Positions 9,671 through 19,057 of a stretch of 44,089 nucleotides of DNA are shown here, piece by piece. The stretch spans positions 1-44,089 of the forward strand of contig JAUVNS010000025.1 in assembly GCA_030599585.1 (NCBI GenBank), in the 5' to 3' direction. Within the stretch, counting starts at the first letter, position 1, and every line of letters starts with the position of its first letter. The stretch comes from Promethearchaeota archaeon. GTDB lineage: Archaea > Asgardarchaeota > Lokiarchaeia > Sigyniarchaeales > SOKP01. A program made the translations under genes and the position numbers. The notes below the pieces were generated by a model that saw nothing but the letters and a program-made list of their open reading frames with translations, searched no databases and was not told the origin of the DNA.

Positions 9671-11353
9671 TTATTCTCTCATTTCTTTTGGAAGAGATAA
9701 AACTCCGGTTAATGGATTATTTAAGGGATCTTGGCAATATTCAATCGTAAAGTAAATCAAATCGTTTAAGATGTTAGGATTTTCGTTATTATCTAACTTA
9801 TACTGATAAAGGCTTAACTGATATTCTGCTTCTGTTATTGGAGGTTCTGCGTAACTTACATTTCCAAAAACTGACTGAAGGATAGGTTTCAGAAACGGAG
9901 AGTAGAGAAATCCAAGTTCTTTTAGGACGTCCTTCAAATAGAAAAACATTCTTTGGCAAGCTTGCATCATGTATCTAACTGGTTGGTCTTCAGGGCCCAG
10001 ATATTGCTCAGCAAATTCCGGATCATACTGGGCAAGATGCTCTCGCGTAAGGTTCTGGGGACGAAATAGAGAAATTAATCCTCGTTCAATTGCCGTTTTT
10101 CTGTTATAAGCTATTGTCTCGCTTCCCGCATCCGGTATCCAAACTTCTTGCTCTAATAACTTTCGAGCTTTATAACACATAGCCTGCAATAAAAGTCCGA
10201 TTCCGATCCTCCGGCAAATAGATATCTGTGCGTCTGATATACGAATCTCTATCGTATTCCAATCTGTAAAACAACACAAATCTTGGAACCTTCCGTCATC
10301 TAGGCTTGCTTTCTGCACCGTTTGGAGGAAATAGTTAACAGAATTCTCACTTAAATCAGTTAAATAAGGAATATAATGTTTAGGGTCGTTGTTACTTAAC
10401 ATTGTAGTATTATTTTTTAACCTTAAAGAACGGACACAGTTAGGAGCAGTTATTCTATTATTAACTATTTTAACAACATCTGTTGGCTGATTATTTAAAA
10501 TAGGAGAATTACAAGTAAGGGCAATAATGTGTGGAATAAAATTTCTTATCATACAATAAGCTTGAACTTTTTCTAAATCTGTTTTGAACGATCCAATGTG
10601 GCTGTGATCTGCTTGAGTCAATCCGCGCATATATTCCTTAGCAGCGGGATTTATGGCAGATGCAATTATATGTAAATCGTTTGGTAAGGTGGTTTTTGCG
10701 AGCAGAAATAAGGTGCTTGCCCAATAAGCTAATTCTTCTGCGTATTCACATGGAGGAGTTACTAATTCCAATATGTAAGTCACAGCGGTTACATTACCGT
10801 CGCGGGCAAATGTGTCTATGTCAACTTCAACTCCATCGGGTAATCGATATCGGATATCCATAGCATATCCTTTTTCAAGATCATCTCGACCATAAGGCCT
10901 CGCTGTTACCTTTTGTCTTATATAATCGGGAACAGGTAAGAAACCTTCTCTCCCTTCATATAAAATCTGATCCATAATTTTGATTGCGTCTTTCACGATT
11001 TCTTTCATTCTAAAGACCATCTCGTCACCAGGAGGATAATTTCCATTGTCATCAGCAATAATTAATTCCATTTCTATTCCATGAGTGAAGGGTAATGGTG
11101 TCCAATGTTCGATATCTGCAAGAATCTCAGCCCATGGCCTGTCAGGTATTAAAACTTCTCGGTAATCCGTTCCAAGAAATAATTGATCAGTCGATCTATC
11201 TATAGGGTTGCCAAGACTCACACCAAAAGGAAGTTCTCGACCTGATGTCGCTTTACCTTTATGTTTTTTACCTTGTCCCATCATTTGAGAGAAATTATTA
11301 TACTCTCCTTTGCTAGATCCTTTCTTCTTCTTCTTTTTCTTATCCTTTGCCAT
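9671..11353 (-). CDS. Glutamate-cysteine ligase family 2 (GCS2) / carboxylate-amine ligase
   Basis: HGIEMELII, LELVTPPC, HSHIG, TIEIRISDAQ; Lys-rich N-terminal extension. Confidence 0.8.
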   Translation of the reverse strand: MAKDKKKKKKKGSSKGEYNNFSQMMGQGKKHKGKATSGRELPFGVSLGNPIDRSTDQLFLGTDYREVLIPDRPWAEILADIEHWTPLPFTHGIEMELIIADDNGNYPPGDEMVFRMKEIVKDAIKIMDQILYEGREGFLPVPDYIRQKVTARPYGRDDLEKGYAMDIRYRLPDGVEVDIDTFARDGNVTAVTYILELVTPPCEYAEELAYWASTLFLLAKTTLPNDLHIIASAINPAAKEYMRGLTQADHSHIGSFKTDLEKVQAYCMIRNFIPHIIALTCNSPILNNQPTDVVKIVNNRITAPNCVRSLRLKNNTTMLSNNDPKHYIPYLTDLSENSVNYFLQTVQKASLDDGRFQDLCCFTDWNTIEIRISDAQISICRRIGIGLLLQAMCYKARKLLEQEVWIPDAGSETIAYNRKTAIERGLISLFRPQNLTREHLAQYDPEFAEQYLGPEDQPVRYMMQACQRMFFYLKDVLKELGFLYSPFLKPILQSVFGNVSYAEPPITEAEYQLSLYQYKLDNNENPNILNDLIYFTIEYCQDPLNNPLTGVLSLPKEMRE

Positions 11354-11381
11354 AAATTAGTTCACATTTATTATAATTAGC

Positions 11382-13268
11382 TTAAGTTAATGATTGAATT
11401 AAATTTTTAAATATATTATAATCGTTGATAAATTCATAGGACAGCACCAAATTAACTATTTTAAATTGGTTCCCGGAAAAAACACTCGCTAAGTTATCAA
11501 CCGTCTTTCCTCCCTTGAAGATATCATCATCTATTATCACATTAACACTATCTTTAAGATTACTCACAATTTTCGATTTAATATGACTCAAATCTTCTGA
11601 AATAGACGATAAAATAACAGTGGGTTTTCCTAAATACGGTATGAAGTCTAAATTAAAAATTCTTACTTGATTTGTTATTCTTTCAGGTTGAACAAATCTT
11701 TTTAGAGTACGTTGTATGATCCTTACTTCCTCTTCGTTGTGATCGCTTATAGAAGGATAGATATAATAAGCAATGGATTTATCGGAATTTAACGCTAACT
11801 CCGAGTAAGCTCTATCGATTAAAGGGAAAATACTAAAATCATAGCTAAATAAAGATATTAGGGCGATTTTAAAATTAAAATTGCCAACCAGGACGTTATT
11901 ACTTACATTTCCTCCAATTAGAGCAAATGTTTCAATTTCATTCGATATTTTGGATGTGTATGTATTCAACATATAGAATTGAGAAAATTGACCAATAGGT
12001 TCTACTTTAGTTTTTTTTTCCTCAACCATTTCATAAATTTCGTTGAATAAATCTTTTGCGATATTTTCTCTAAGCTCTTCTGAACTTATTTCTCCTATTA
12101 TTTTATCCGCAGTTTCAGGGCAATCTAATTCGGCCAAGATACAAATAGTTTCTTTGAAAAATTCGTAAGCAGGATTGTTATATTTGTGTTCTGATACTGT
12201 CATTTTCTCTGAATGCAGAATAATCTGATCGATTTGTTTTAATATAGGGAGAATCAAGTCGTCCTTATTTTCATCATGGAACTTCTTTATAATGTTGAAT
12301 AAAACCTTAATTCTAATGATTTCATCTTTAATTTGATCTACAAGCTTAAGAGCAATAGATGCTTCTTTTTTTAGAGATTTAAAAAGTATTTCGAGAAGAA
12401 ATGTTTCCTTTACCGTTTTCTCTTCAATTAGGGAGAGAATTTTAGGAATTTCATCGGGATTTACATTAATATAATCAAAAGCTATGTTTTTTATTAGCTT
12501 ATTTTTTTTGTTAAGATCTTCAATATCTTTAGCTATCTTCAAGCTCTCATCTAAATTTTTAGAAGCGTTAGCCCTAATTAGGGTATTGTGTAGATCTATT
12601 CTTTCCTTCTCTTTTGAGACTTGTAGTGCGGTTTTAAGTGCTTTTTCAAATTCACCATCAGAAAAGTAAGATTTTGCGAGTATTTTAAGCTTATCATCAA
12701 TTTTCCCACGAACTATATGAGCATTGGGTTTTAATGGTTTATTATTTGAGGACTCAGCTTCAGGTTGTTGTTCAACAGCTATTTTAATTAACTCTTTAAA
12801 TTCTTTCTCAATTTTCTTAGTATCATTTTTACTAGACGGAAGAATAAAATCGTTGATGTTAAATACATCAGTTTCACCGTTTTGAAGAAATTGTTTATTC
12901 TTCAAGATAGAATTTATTTTACTCGCAGAGATAGTTTTTCTTATATGTTGAACTTTATCGGTGTATTCTACCAGTTTCAACCAATAAGCATTGATGGTTA
13001 GTTTACCAAAACCGTCTCTGACAGGCGTTACCATTAAATTTATCGTTTTAGTTTCGCTCGAAGCAAATTTAACCTCGTTTTTAAATTCGCTTGGATTGAC
13101 CTCAATATCGAGATTTTCTCCTTCAAAAACGAATTTAAAGTGTTCTTCTTTATTAGATTGATTAGTAATTTCAAGAGAAATAGGATTTTCAGCATTTGGT
13201 AATAATAGGTTTTGAGGGAACTTTTTCACAATTATCGAAATAACTTGATTGGGTTCCGGGGGAGGCAT
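11382..13268 (-). CDS. Hypothetical protein: Ig-like N-terminal domain, alpha-solenoid middle, alpha/beta C-terminal domain
   Basis: 628-aa ORF with a beta-rich N-terminus (LEITN...FKFVFEG...TINLMVTP...GKLTINAY) and repeated A(L).(A).I helical units. Confidence 0.7.
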   Translation of the reverse strand: MPPPEPNQVISIIVKKFPQNLLLPNAENPISLEITNQSNKEEHFKFVFEGENLDIEVNPSEFKNEVKFASSETKTINLMVTPVRDGFGKLTINAYWLKLVEYTDKVQHIRKTISASKINSILKNKQFLQNGETDVFNINDFILPSSKNDTKKIEKEFKELIKIAVEQQPEAESSNNKPLKPNAHIVRGKIDDKLKILAKSYFSDGEFEKALKTALQVSKEKERIDLHNTLIRANASKNLDESLKIAKDIEDLNKKNKLIKNIAFDYINVNPDEIPKILSLIEEKTVKETFLLEILFKSLKKEASIALKLVDQIKDEIIRIKVLFNIIKKFHDENKDDLILPILKQIDQIILHSEKMTVSEHKYNNPAYEFFKETICILAELDCPETADKIIGEISSEELRENIAKDLFNEIYEMVEEKKTKVEPIGQFSQFYMLNTYTSKISNEIETFALIGGNVSNNVLVGNFNFKIALISLFSYDFSIFPLIDRAYSELALNSDKSIAYYIYPSISDHNEEEVRIIQRTLKRFVQPERITNQVRIFNLDFIPYLGKPTVILSSISEDLSHIKSKIVSNLKDSVNVIIDDDIFKGGKTVDNLASVFSGNQFKIVNLVLSYEFINDYNIFKNLIQSLT

Positions 13269-13297
13269 AATTGAGAGGGTATTTTGTATTAGTGATA

Positions 13298-13310
13298 TAA
13301 TAAATTTCGC
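13298..13310 (-). promoter_or_regulatory. Putative BRE-TATA promoter (GCGAAA-TTTATTA) for a likely leaderless three-gene operon
   Basis: Lies ~30 nt upstream of the ATG at 13268 and matches the archaeal BRE/TATA arrangement. Confidence 0.4.
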
Positions 13311-13427
13311 AAAATTGATATTTGTTACGATTTAATTAGGATGTTAAGGAAGTGATGAAGTGCTTCATTATCTTAATATCATTCATATAAAACTTATTGA
13401 TTTTAAATATTTACTAAAGAATAATGA

Positions 13428-14183
13428 CTACTTCCCCTTTCTTCTAACTCTCTTACTAAAATCTTTGAGATCTTCGATAATCATCTCCTTACTATAATCA
13501 GGCCACAAATCCGCTCTAAACTTGAATTCTGCATAAGATGCGTCCCATAATAAAAATCCTGAAATCCTTGCGCCGTCCTCCATTCCCGTTCGTATGATGT
13601 AATCTACTTCAGGAAAATCTCTCGTATAAAGGTGCTTCTTAATTACCTCTCTATTAATTTCTTCTTCTTTTATGCCCTTTTTAATAATTTCTTTTACTGC
13701 ATCTACGATCTCTTCTTGTCCATCGTACATTATGCATAAATTTATGAAATTTTTATTGTTATCTTTAGTAAAATCAATTAACTCTTTAATCTTATCTCTA
13801 ACTTCCTCAGGTAATAGGTAGATACGCCCAATTACGTTAAAATTCACTTTCTCTTCTTTGACAGTCGCTTCCTTTACGACGGCGTCAACAGCATCTAAAA
13901 TTATTCCAAAAATATATTTTATCTCTGCTTCGCTTCTTTTTCTTAAATTCTCAAGGGACAAAGCGTAGATGCTTAAATAATGTATACCTGCGTCAAAAAA
14001 ATCGAAAAGCCTCTCTCTTAAATTTTGGTATCCAATAAGATGACCAACATTAGTTCCAAGCAGATTTTTTACTGCCCAACGGCGGTTACCGTTTAGAAGT
14101 AGAAAATACTTCTAATTTCCGTCCAATATTAAACCAACATGTTTGGGTAGTTTTTTTTCTGCTATGCCTTTTAATTCTTCCAA
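13428..14183 (-). CDS. uppS: cis-prenyltransferase (undecaprenyl/polyprenyl diphosphate synthase), interrupted by a 30-nt in-frame stop-containing element
   Basis: TTG at 14183 reads LEELKGIAEKKLPKHVGLILDGN-TAG-KYFLLLNGN-RRWA...GH..GY...YALSLEN, in frame with the track ORF (YDGQEEI, DYIIRTG, RISGFLLW, YAEF, LWPD, RVRRKGK). Removing 30 nt gives a 241-aa protein. Confidence 0.9.
14087..14116 (-). other. 30-nt intervening hairpin element in uppS (candidate BHB-type intron or translational-bypass element)
   Basis: Perfect 9-bp stem TTAGAAGTA/TACTTCTAA (14093-14115, 5-nt loop), in-frame TAG at 14112-14114, flanking ACGG direct repeats (14119-14122, 14089-14092). Excision restores DGNRRW. Confidence 0.75.
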
Positions 14184-14490
14184 GATATCATAACTCTTAA
14201 AGAGATTTTTACGATGAAGACTGCTTATATAATTATATAATTATCGTGAATCCCATATTATAATTTTGATTTCTGTGGAGAATAGTCAATATATTAAGTC
14301 TACATCTTACAATCCGTTTTTTATGAATAATAATTAGAAATTTTAAGAGGAGAGAAGTCAAAATCTTCTTTTCGAAAAGATAAACAATATCAATCCGAGT
14401 ATGAACAGTTGAAAGTAGTAAATAAAGAGGAATTCTTAAATAAACACCTTGCTTAGTATCAATATCATTTAACTAGATAAGTTTTTGAGT

Positions 14491-14506
14491 AAAAAAGATT
14501 TATAAA
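14491..14506 (+). promoter_or_regulatory. Putative BRE-TATA promoter of the mevalonate genes
   Basis: AAAAAAGA-TTTATAAA ~75 nt upstream of the HMG-CoA synthase ATG; AGGAG Shine-Dalgarno before 14579. Confidence 0.45.
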
Positions 14507-14578
14507 TAGCAACGGTTAAACTTTAATTGGTTAACAGTTTAATGCAATAAGAACTTTTTCGGTTAGGAGAACATTTGT

Positions 14579-16207
14579 ATGATTGGCAACGAGTATTTAT
14601 TTAGCGATATAGGTATTGATAGCGTAGGTTTTCACGCTCCAAGATACTATATTAAATTGGATGACTTAGCACAAGAGCGGAAAGTCGATCCAAATAAATT
14701 TAAGAAGGGTTTAATGGCCCATGAAATGAGAGTTCCAGAAGTTAACGAAGATATCATTTCTTTGGGCTTGAAAGCGGGATATCAAGCTATAACTAAAGGT
14801 GGTATAGATCCTAAAAGTATAGACGCATTGTTCGTAGGGACCGAAACGATTACCTATGCTGTGAAATCGGTTTCGAACATCTTCGCTGAACTGTTAGAGA
14901 TATCACCGAATTCTATAACTCAAGATACGTACAACGCCTGTGCAGGAGGTACACTAGCTCTCCTCAATGCTATTGCGTTAATCGAAAAAGATATAATAAA
15001 AAAAGCGCTTGTCATAAGCGCAGACATATCCTCCTATCACCTGGGTTCTCCAAGCGAGGCAACTCAGGGCTCAGGAGCAGTTGCTTTAGTAATTTCAAGG
15101 AACCCTAGGGTTGCTTCTTTCAGTGAGAAGTTCGGCAAAGTATCGGGAAATGTTGACGATTTTTTCCGTGCAGCTAACGAAAAACATGCTAAAGCTTTTG
15201 GTCATTATTCAGTAAAAACATATCTTGATTTCCAATTAAAAGCTTATGACGATTTAATAGCTAATATTGGCGACTTCCACGCAGATTATTATACATTTCA
15301 CGCCCCCTTCTCAAAGTTACCTATTAAGATCATGCAAGAGATAATACAGAAGCGATGGATAAAACACATTAACGATCTTCCAAAATTAAATATGAATCAT
15401 ATAAAATCTTCTATTCTCAAGAAACTCGATGCTTTTATGCACGACATTACAGTTTTACCTGAATGGTTGTATTTGAAGTTAAAAGAGAGAGGTTATACCT
15501 CGGAGACATTGGAAAGCATCTCGTATAAACTCATAGGTAATTTCACAGAGAAAGTGCTTCCCCAACTAAGAGTCCCTTCTCACTTTGGTAACATGTATAA
15601 TGCTTCAGTTTGGGCTCAAATTATTTTTATACTCGAAAATTATGGTCGAGTAAACGACACAATTTACTTTGGTTCTTATGGTTCTGGTGCTACATGCATT
15701 TCTGGTTTGCTAAAAGTCAAAAAGGATTTTAAAACTGTTGTAGATAAGAGCCCTCAAATTAACGATTTCATTAAGAACAAAGAATTAAAAACCATCCAAG
15801 AGTATGAAAAAATAAAAACTGGTGAATTTGTTCCGAAAACAGTTTTAGGCAAAATAGTCGAACACGAAAAGAATAATAAAAGAGGGTTCACTCTTCGATT
15901 TTGCGACGAGGGATGCATACTTCCTAATATTGAAGGTTTAAACCATTGTCCTAAAGGTCACTCTGGGTTTCATGAAAAGTTCTTTCCACTCTATGCCGTG
16001 CTAGAGTCAGAACCTATAGCAAATCCTAACGAAAACAATCTTAACTACCTTTACAACGGTTTAGTAAGGATTGCGGGAGATGTAAAACCTGGTTCTTGCT
16101 TAGAATACGAGATCAGGCGTCTTGTAAATGAAGATGAAACAAACTTTAACGCAATCGGAATGTTAAATTGGAGTCCTATGTATTATCCCGTTCAGAAAAT
16201 TTATTAA
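14579..16207 (+). CDS. mvaS: Hydroxymethylglutaryl-CoA synthase with C-terminal Zn-ribbon/OB-fold (DUF35-like) extension
   Basis: GTET (Glu), YNACAGG (catalytic Cys), EATQGSGAVA, FHAPF (His), GNMYNAS, SYGSG; C-terminal CDEGC...HCPKGH. Confidence 0.9.
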   Translation: MIGNEYLFSDIGIDSVGFHAPRYYIKLDDLAQERKVDPNKFKKGLMAHEMRVPEVNEDIISLGLKAGYQAITKGGIDPKSIDALFVGTETITYAVKSVSNIFAELLEISPNSITQDTYNACAGGTLALLNAIALIEKDIIKKALVISADISSYHLGSPSEATQGSGAVALVISRNPRVASFSEKFGKVSGNVDDFFRAANEKHAKAFGHYSVKTYLDFQLKAYDDLIANIGDFHADYYTFHAPFSKLPIKIMQEIIQKRWIKHINDLPKLNMNHIKSSILKKLDAFMHDITVLPEWLYLKLKERGYTSETLESISYKLIGNFTEKVLPQLRVPSHFGNMYNASVWAQIIFILENYGRVNDTIYFGSYGSGATCISGLLKVKKDFKTVVDKSPQINDFIKNKELKTIQEYEKIKTGEFVPKTVLGKIVEHEKNNKRGFTLRFCDEGCILPNIEGLNHCPKGHSGFHEKFFPLYAVLESEPIANPNENNLNYLYNGLVRIAGDVKPGSCLEYEIRRLVNEDETNFNAIGMLNWSPMYYPVQKIY

Positions 16208-16356
16208 TTTATCTCTAATAATCTTTGTTGCTAATTGTGTTTTTTCTTTCAATAGTTTTCCTATAAAAGCTAGTGCAATTATTAATAAGCAATCACATTT
16301 AACTTAAAATAGTACGATTAAAAGAAGCAATAGATACCATTATAATTACGAATGGA

Positions 16357-17649
16357 GTGAATAATGATTTGACTGATTTTAGTTCTGATATTTCAGGCTT
16401 TTATAAACTGTCCTTAGAGGAGAGGCAGCAGCAATTAGTTAAGCTGCTAAATTTAACTCAAGAAGAATTTGAATTGATGAGGACCATAGGATATTTTTCA
16501 CCGTCTCAAATTGATCGCTTAATAGAAAATGTGGTGGGAAGTTATCAGTTACCGTTGGGTATCGCTTTTAACTTTAAGATAAATAATAAAGACTATATTA
16601 TTCCTATGGTTATTGAGGAACCCTCAGTTGTAGCCGCTGCATCGAAAATTGCGAAGATAGCAAGAAAACACGGTGGTTTTGTGTCAGATGAGGTAAAATC
16701 TATTATGATTTCTCAAATCCAGCTAACTAATGTAAAAAATCTCGATAAAGCGAAAGAAAATATTGGGAAAAATAAAGACAAGATTTTGAGTATCGCAAAC
16801 GAGCAAGATCCCCTACTTAATCAGCTAGGAGGGGGTGCGAAAGACCTTGAAATTAGAGAAATAGAAACAAGGAAAGGGAAAATGCTAATTCTTCATCTCC
16901 TTGTTGACGTACGGGATGCAATGGGTGCTAATGTAGTAAACACCATGGCTGAAGCCGTCACCCCTTATATTGAGGAAATATGTGACGCGAAAATCTATTT
17001 GCGAATTGTATCCAATTTAGCTACCCATCGAATTGCAAAAAGTAGAGCCGTGTTTGATAAGAACCTCTTGGGTGGAGAAGAAGTCGTAGAAGGAATTTTA
17101 AATGCCTATGAATTCGCAGTAGCAGATCCTTATCGAGCAACTACGCATAATAAAGGGATAATGAATGGCATCGTTGCTTTAACTTTGGCGACGGGAAACG
17201 ATACCAGAGCTATTGAGGCAGGAGCTCATGCGTATGCGTCTTTAGGCGGTCATTATAAACCCTTGACGAAATTTGATTTAGATACTGAGGGAAATTTAGT
17301 AGGAGAAATAGAAATTCCTCTTGCTTTTGGGATAATTGGTGGGATTACGAGAACCCATCCTATGGCGCGTCTAGCATTGAAAATCTTAAATGTTGAAAGT
17401 TCGGGAGAACTTGCTCAAGTGGCTGCTGCTCTTGGGCTCGCTCAGAATGTAGGTGCTTTAAGAGCTTTGGCTTCGGAAGGCATCCAAAAAGGTCATATGG
17501 CGTTACATTCTAGAAATATCGCGAAATTAGCGGGTGCGTCAGACGACATTATTGAAGAAGTAGCAAAAAGGATGGTAAAAGACAAAAAAATTAGAGTAGA
17601 TTATGCGAAAGAAATTATTGAGTTAATTTCTAAAAGTAAAAACCTTTAG
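16357..17649 (+). CDS. mvaA: HMG-CoA reductase, class II
   Basis: IENVVG, EEPSVVAAAS, DAMGAN, THNKGIMNG, GNDTRAIEAG, GIQKGHMALH. Confidence 0.95.
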   Translation: MNNDLTDFSSDISGFYKLSLEERQQQLVKLLNLTQEEFELMRTIGYFSPSQIDRLIENVVGSYQLPLGIAFNFKINNKDYIIPMVIEEPSVVAAASKIAKIARKHGGFVSDEVKSIMISQIQLTNVKNLDKAKENIGKNKDKILSIANEQDPLLNQLGGGAKDLEIREIETRKGKMLILHLLVDVRDAMGANVVNTMAEAVTPYIEEICDAKIYLRIVSNLATHRIAKSRAVFDKNLLGGEEVVEGILNAYEFAVADPYRATTHNKGIMNGIVALTLATGNDTRAIEAGAHAYASLGGHYKPLTKFDLDTEGNLVGEIEIPLAFGIIGGITRTHPMARLALKILNVESSGELAQVAAALGLAQNVGALRALASEGIQKGHMALHSRNIAKLAGASDDIIEEVAKRMVKDKKIRVDYAKEIIELISKSKNL

Positions 17650-17728
17650 TTTAATATTAAGTGTATCACAAATAGGTCTAATAAAAATTAATTAAAAAGT
17701 AAACTATCACGTTAAACAATAATAAGAG

Positions 17729-19042
17729 ATGTGTATTATGGGTTTAAGAAATTATTTGGAAGGTCTAGATGAGAAAGGGCTATTAAAGAAGGTAGATATT
17801 GAAGTTTCGAAAAAGCTAGAGATTTCTGGTGTCCTAAAAGAAATGGAACCTACCCCCGTGATGTTTAATAACGTTAAAGAATCAGACTTTCGGGTAGTTG
17901 GAAATGTTTTCTGTACAAAAAATGTTATTGCGTCCTACTTCAATGTAACTCCAACAGATTTAATCCCAATGCTTTCTAGAGCAATTTTAGAGAGTTCAGA
18001 GCCAGAGGTTATAAAAAACGCTCCTTGTCAGGAAGTAGTAGAGCCCACTGTCGATTTAGATAAAATCCCAATATTGCATCACTGCGATCGTGACGGAGGA
18101 AATTACATTAGTTCGGCAGTAGTTGTTACAAAAGATCCTGATTACGGTCAGAATTTGGATTTTCATCGAGCCATGCAGTTCTCGAAAGATAAATTTGCCA
18201 CTCGAATAGTCCGAGGGCGGAATTTTCATACATTTTTAGAAAAGAATGGAGAGTTGGAAGTGGCTTTTTGTATAGGTAACACTCCAAATGTTTTGATTGC
18301 TGGCGCTACTTCCGTAGAAATAGGATTTGACGAATTAAAAATAGCAAATGCTCTTGAACCATTAAATCTTGTTAAAGCACATTCTGTAGATCTTTTAATT
18401 CCTGCTGAAGCCGAATTTGTAATTGAAGGAAAGGTCGTGCTTGAAGAAAAGCACGCTGAAGGTCCATTTGTAGACTTAACAGAAACATATGACACAATAA
18501 GAGAAGAGCCAGTCTTCGAAGTAAAAAAAATAACACATAGAAACGATGCTATCTGGCAAGCGTTATTACCTGGTGCCCTCGAGCATAAAATTTTAATGGG
18601 TATGCCTCGTGAACCAACCATTTTTAATAAAGTAAACGAGAGTGGTGTCAAGTGCTTAGATGTTAATGTGAATCCCGGAGGATGCTCATGGCTGCATGCC
18701 ATCGTACAAATTGATAAAGTTTCAGAAGAAGATGGAAAAAAAGCGATTTATGGAGCATTTGCTGGCCATGGAAGCTGCAAACACATTTTTATTGTTGATA
18801 AAGATATAAATATATACGATCCTCTTTCTGTTGAGTGGGCAATGGCTACAAGGTTCCAAGGTGATACTAGAATGATCATTAAAGATAAAGAACCCGGGAG
18901 TAGTCTTGATCCAAGCGCAGAACCTGGAACAAAATTAACGACTAAGATAGGATTCGATTTAACTAAACCTTTGGTCATTAAAGGAAAAAGTTTCGAGATC
19001 GCTGACTTTCCAAAGGTTAATCTTGACAAATATTTTACCTAA
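17729..19042 (+). CDS. ubiD: UbiD-family prFMN decarboxylase, probably trans-anhydromevalonate 5-phosphate decarboxylase (start may be ATG 17738)
   Basis: AEFVIEG, EGPFVDLTETYD, VDKDINIYD...VEWAMATRFQ, GSSLDPS; located within the mevalonate cluster. Confidence 0.9.
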   Translation: MCIMGLRNYLEGLDEKGLLKKVDIEVSKKLEISGVLKEMEPTPVMFNNVKESDFRVVGNVFCTKNVIASYFNVTPTDLIPMLSRAILESSEPEVIKNAPCQEVVEPTVDLDKIPILHHCDRDGGNYISSAVVVTKDPDYGQNLDFHRAMQFSKDKFATRIVRGRNFHTFLEKNGELEVAFCIGNTPNVLIAGATSVEIGFDELKIANALEPLNLVKAHSVDLLIPAEAEFVIEGKVVLEEKHAEGPFVDLTETYDTIREEPVFEVKKITHRNDAIWQALLPGALEHKILMGMPREPTIFNKVNESGVKCLDVNVNPGGCSWLHAIVQIDKVSEEDGKKAIYGAFAGHGSCKHIFIVDKDINIYDPLSVEWAMATRFQGDTRMIIKDKEPGSSLDPSAEPGTKLTTKIGFDLTKPLVIKGKSFEIADFPKVNLDKYFT

Positions 19043-19057
19043 TAGGAGCTTAAGAAT

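Noticed and set aside
13428-13961. The 177-aa track ORF as the complete uppS
   Set aside because: It lacks the essential H....DGNRRW N-terminus, which lies upstream in the same frame.
14112-14114. Pyrrolysine or other readthrough of the uppS TAG
   Set aside because: Readthrough would leave 10 extra residues splitting the catalytic Asp from RRW (NGNRRW lacks the Asp). TAG also ends several genes here, and no pyl genes are in the window.
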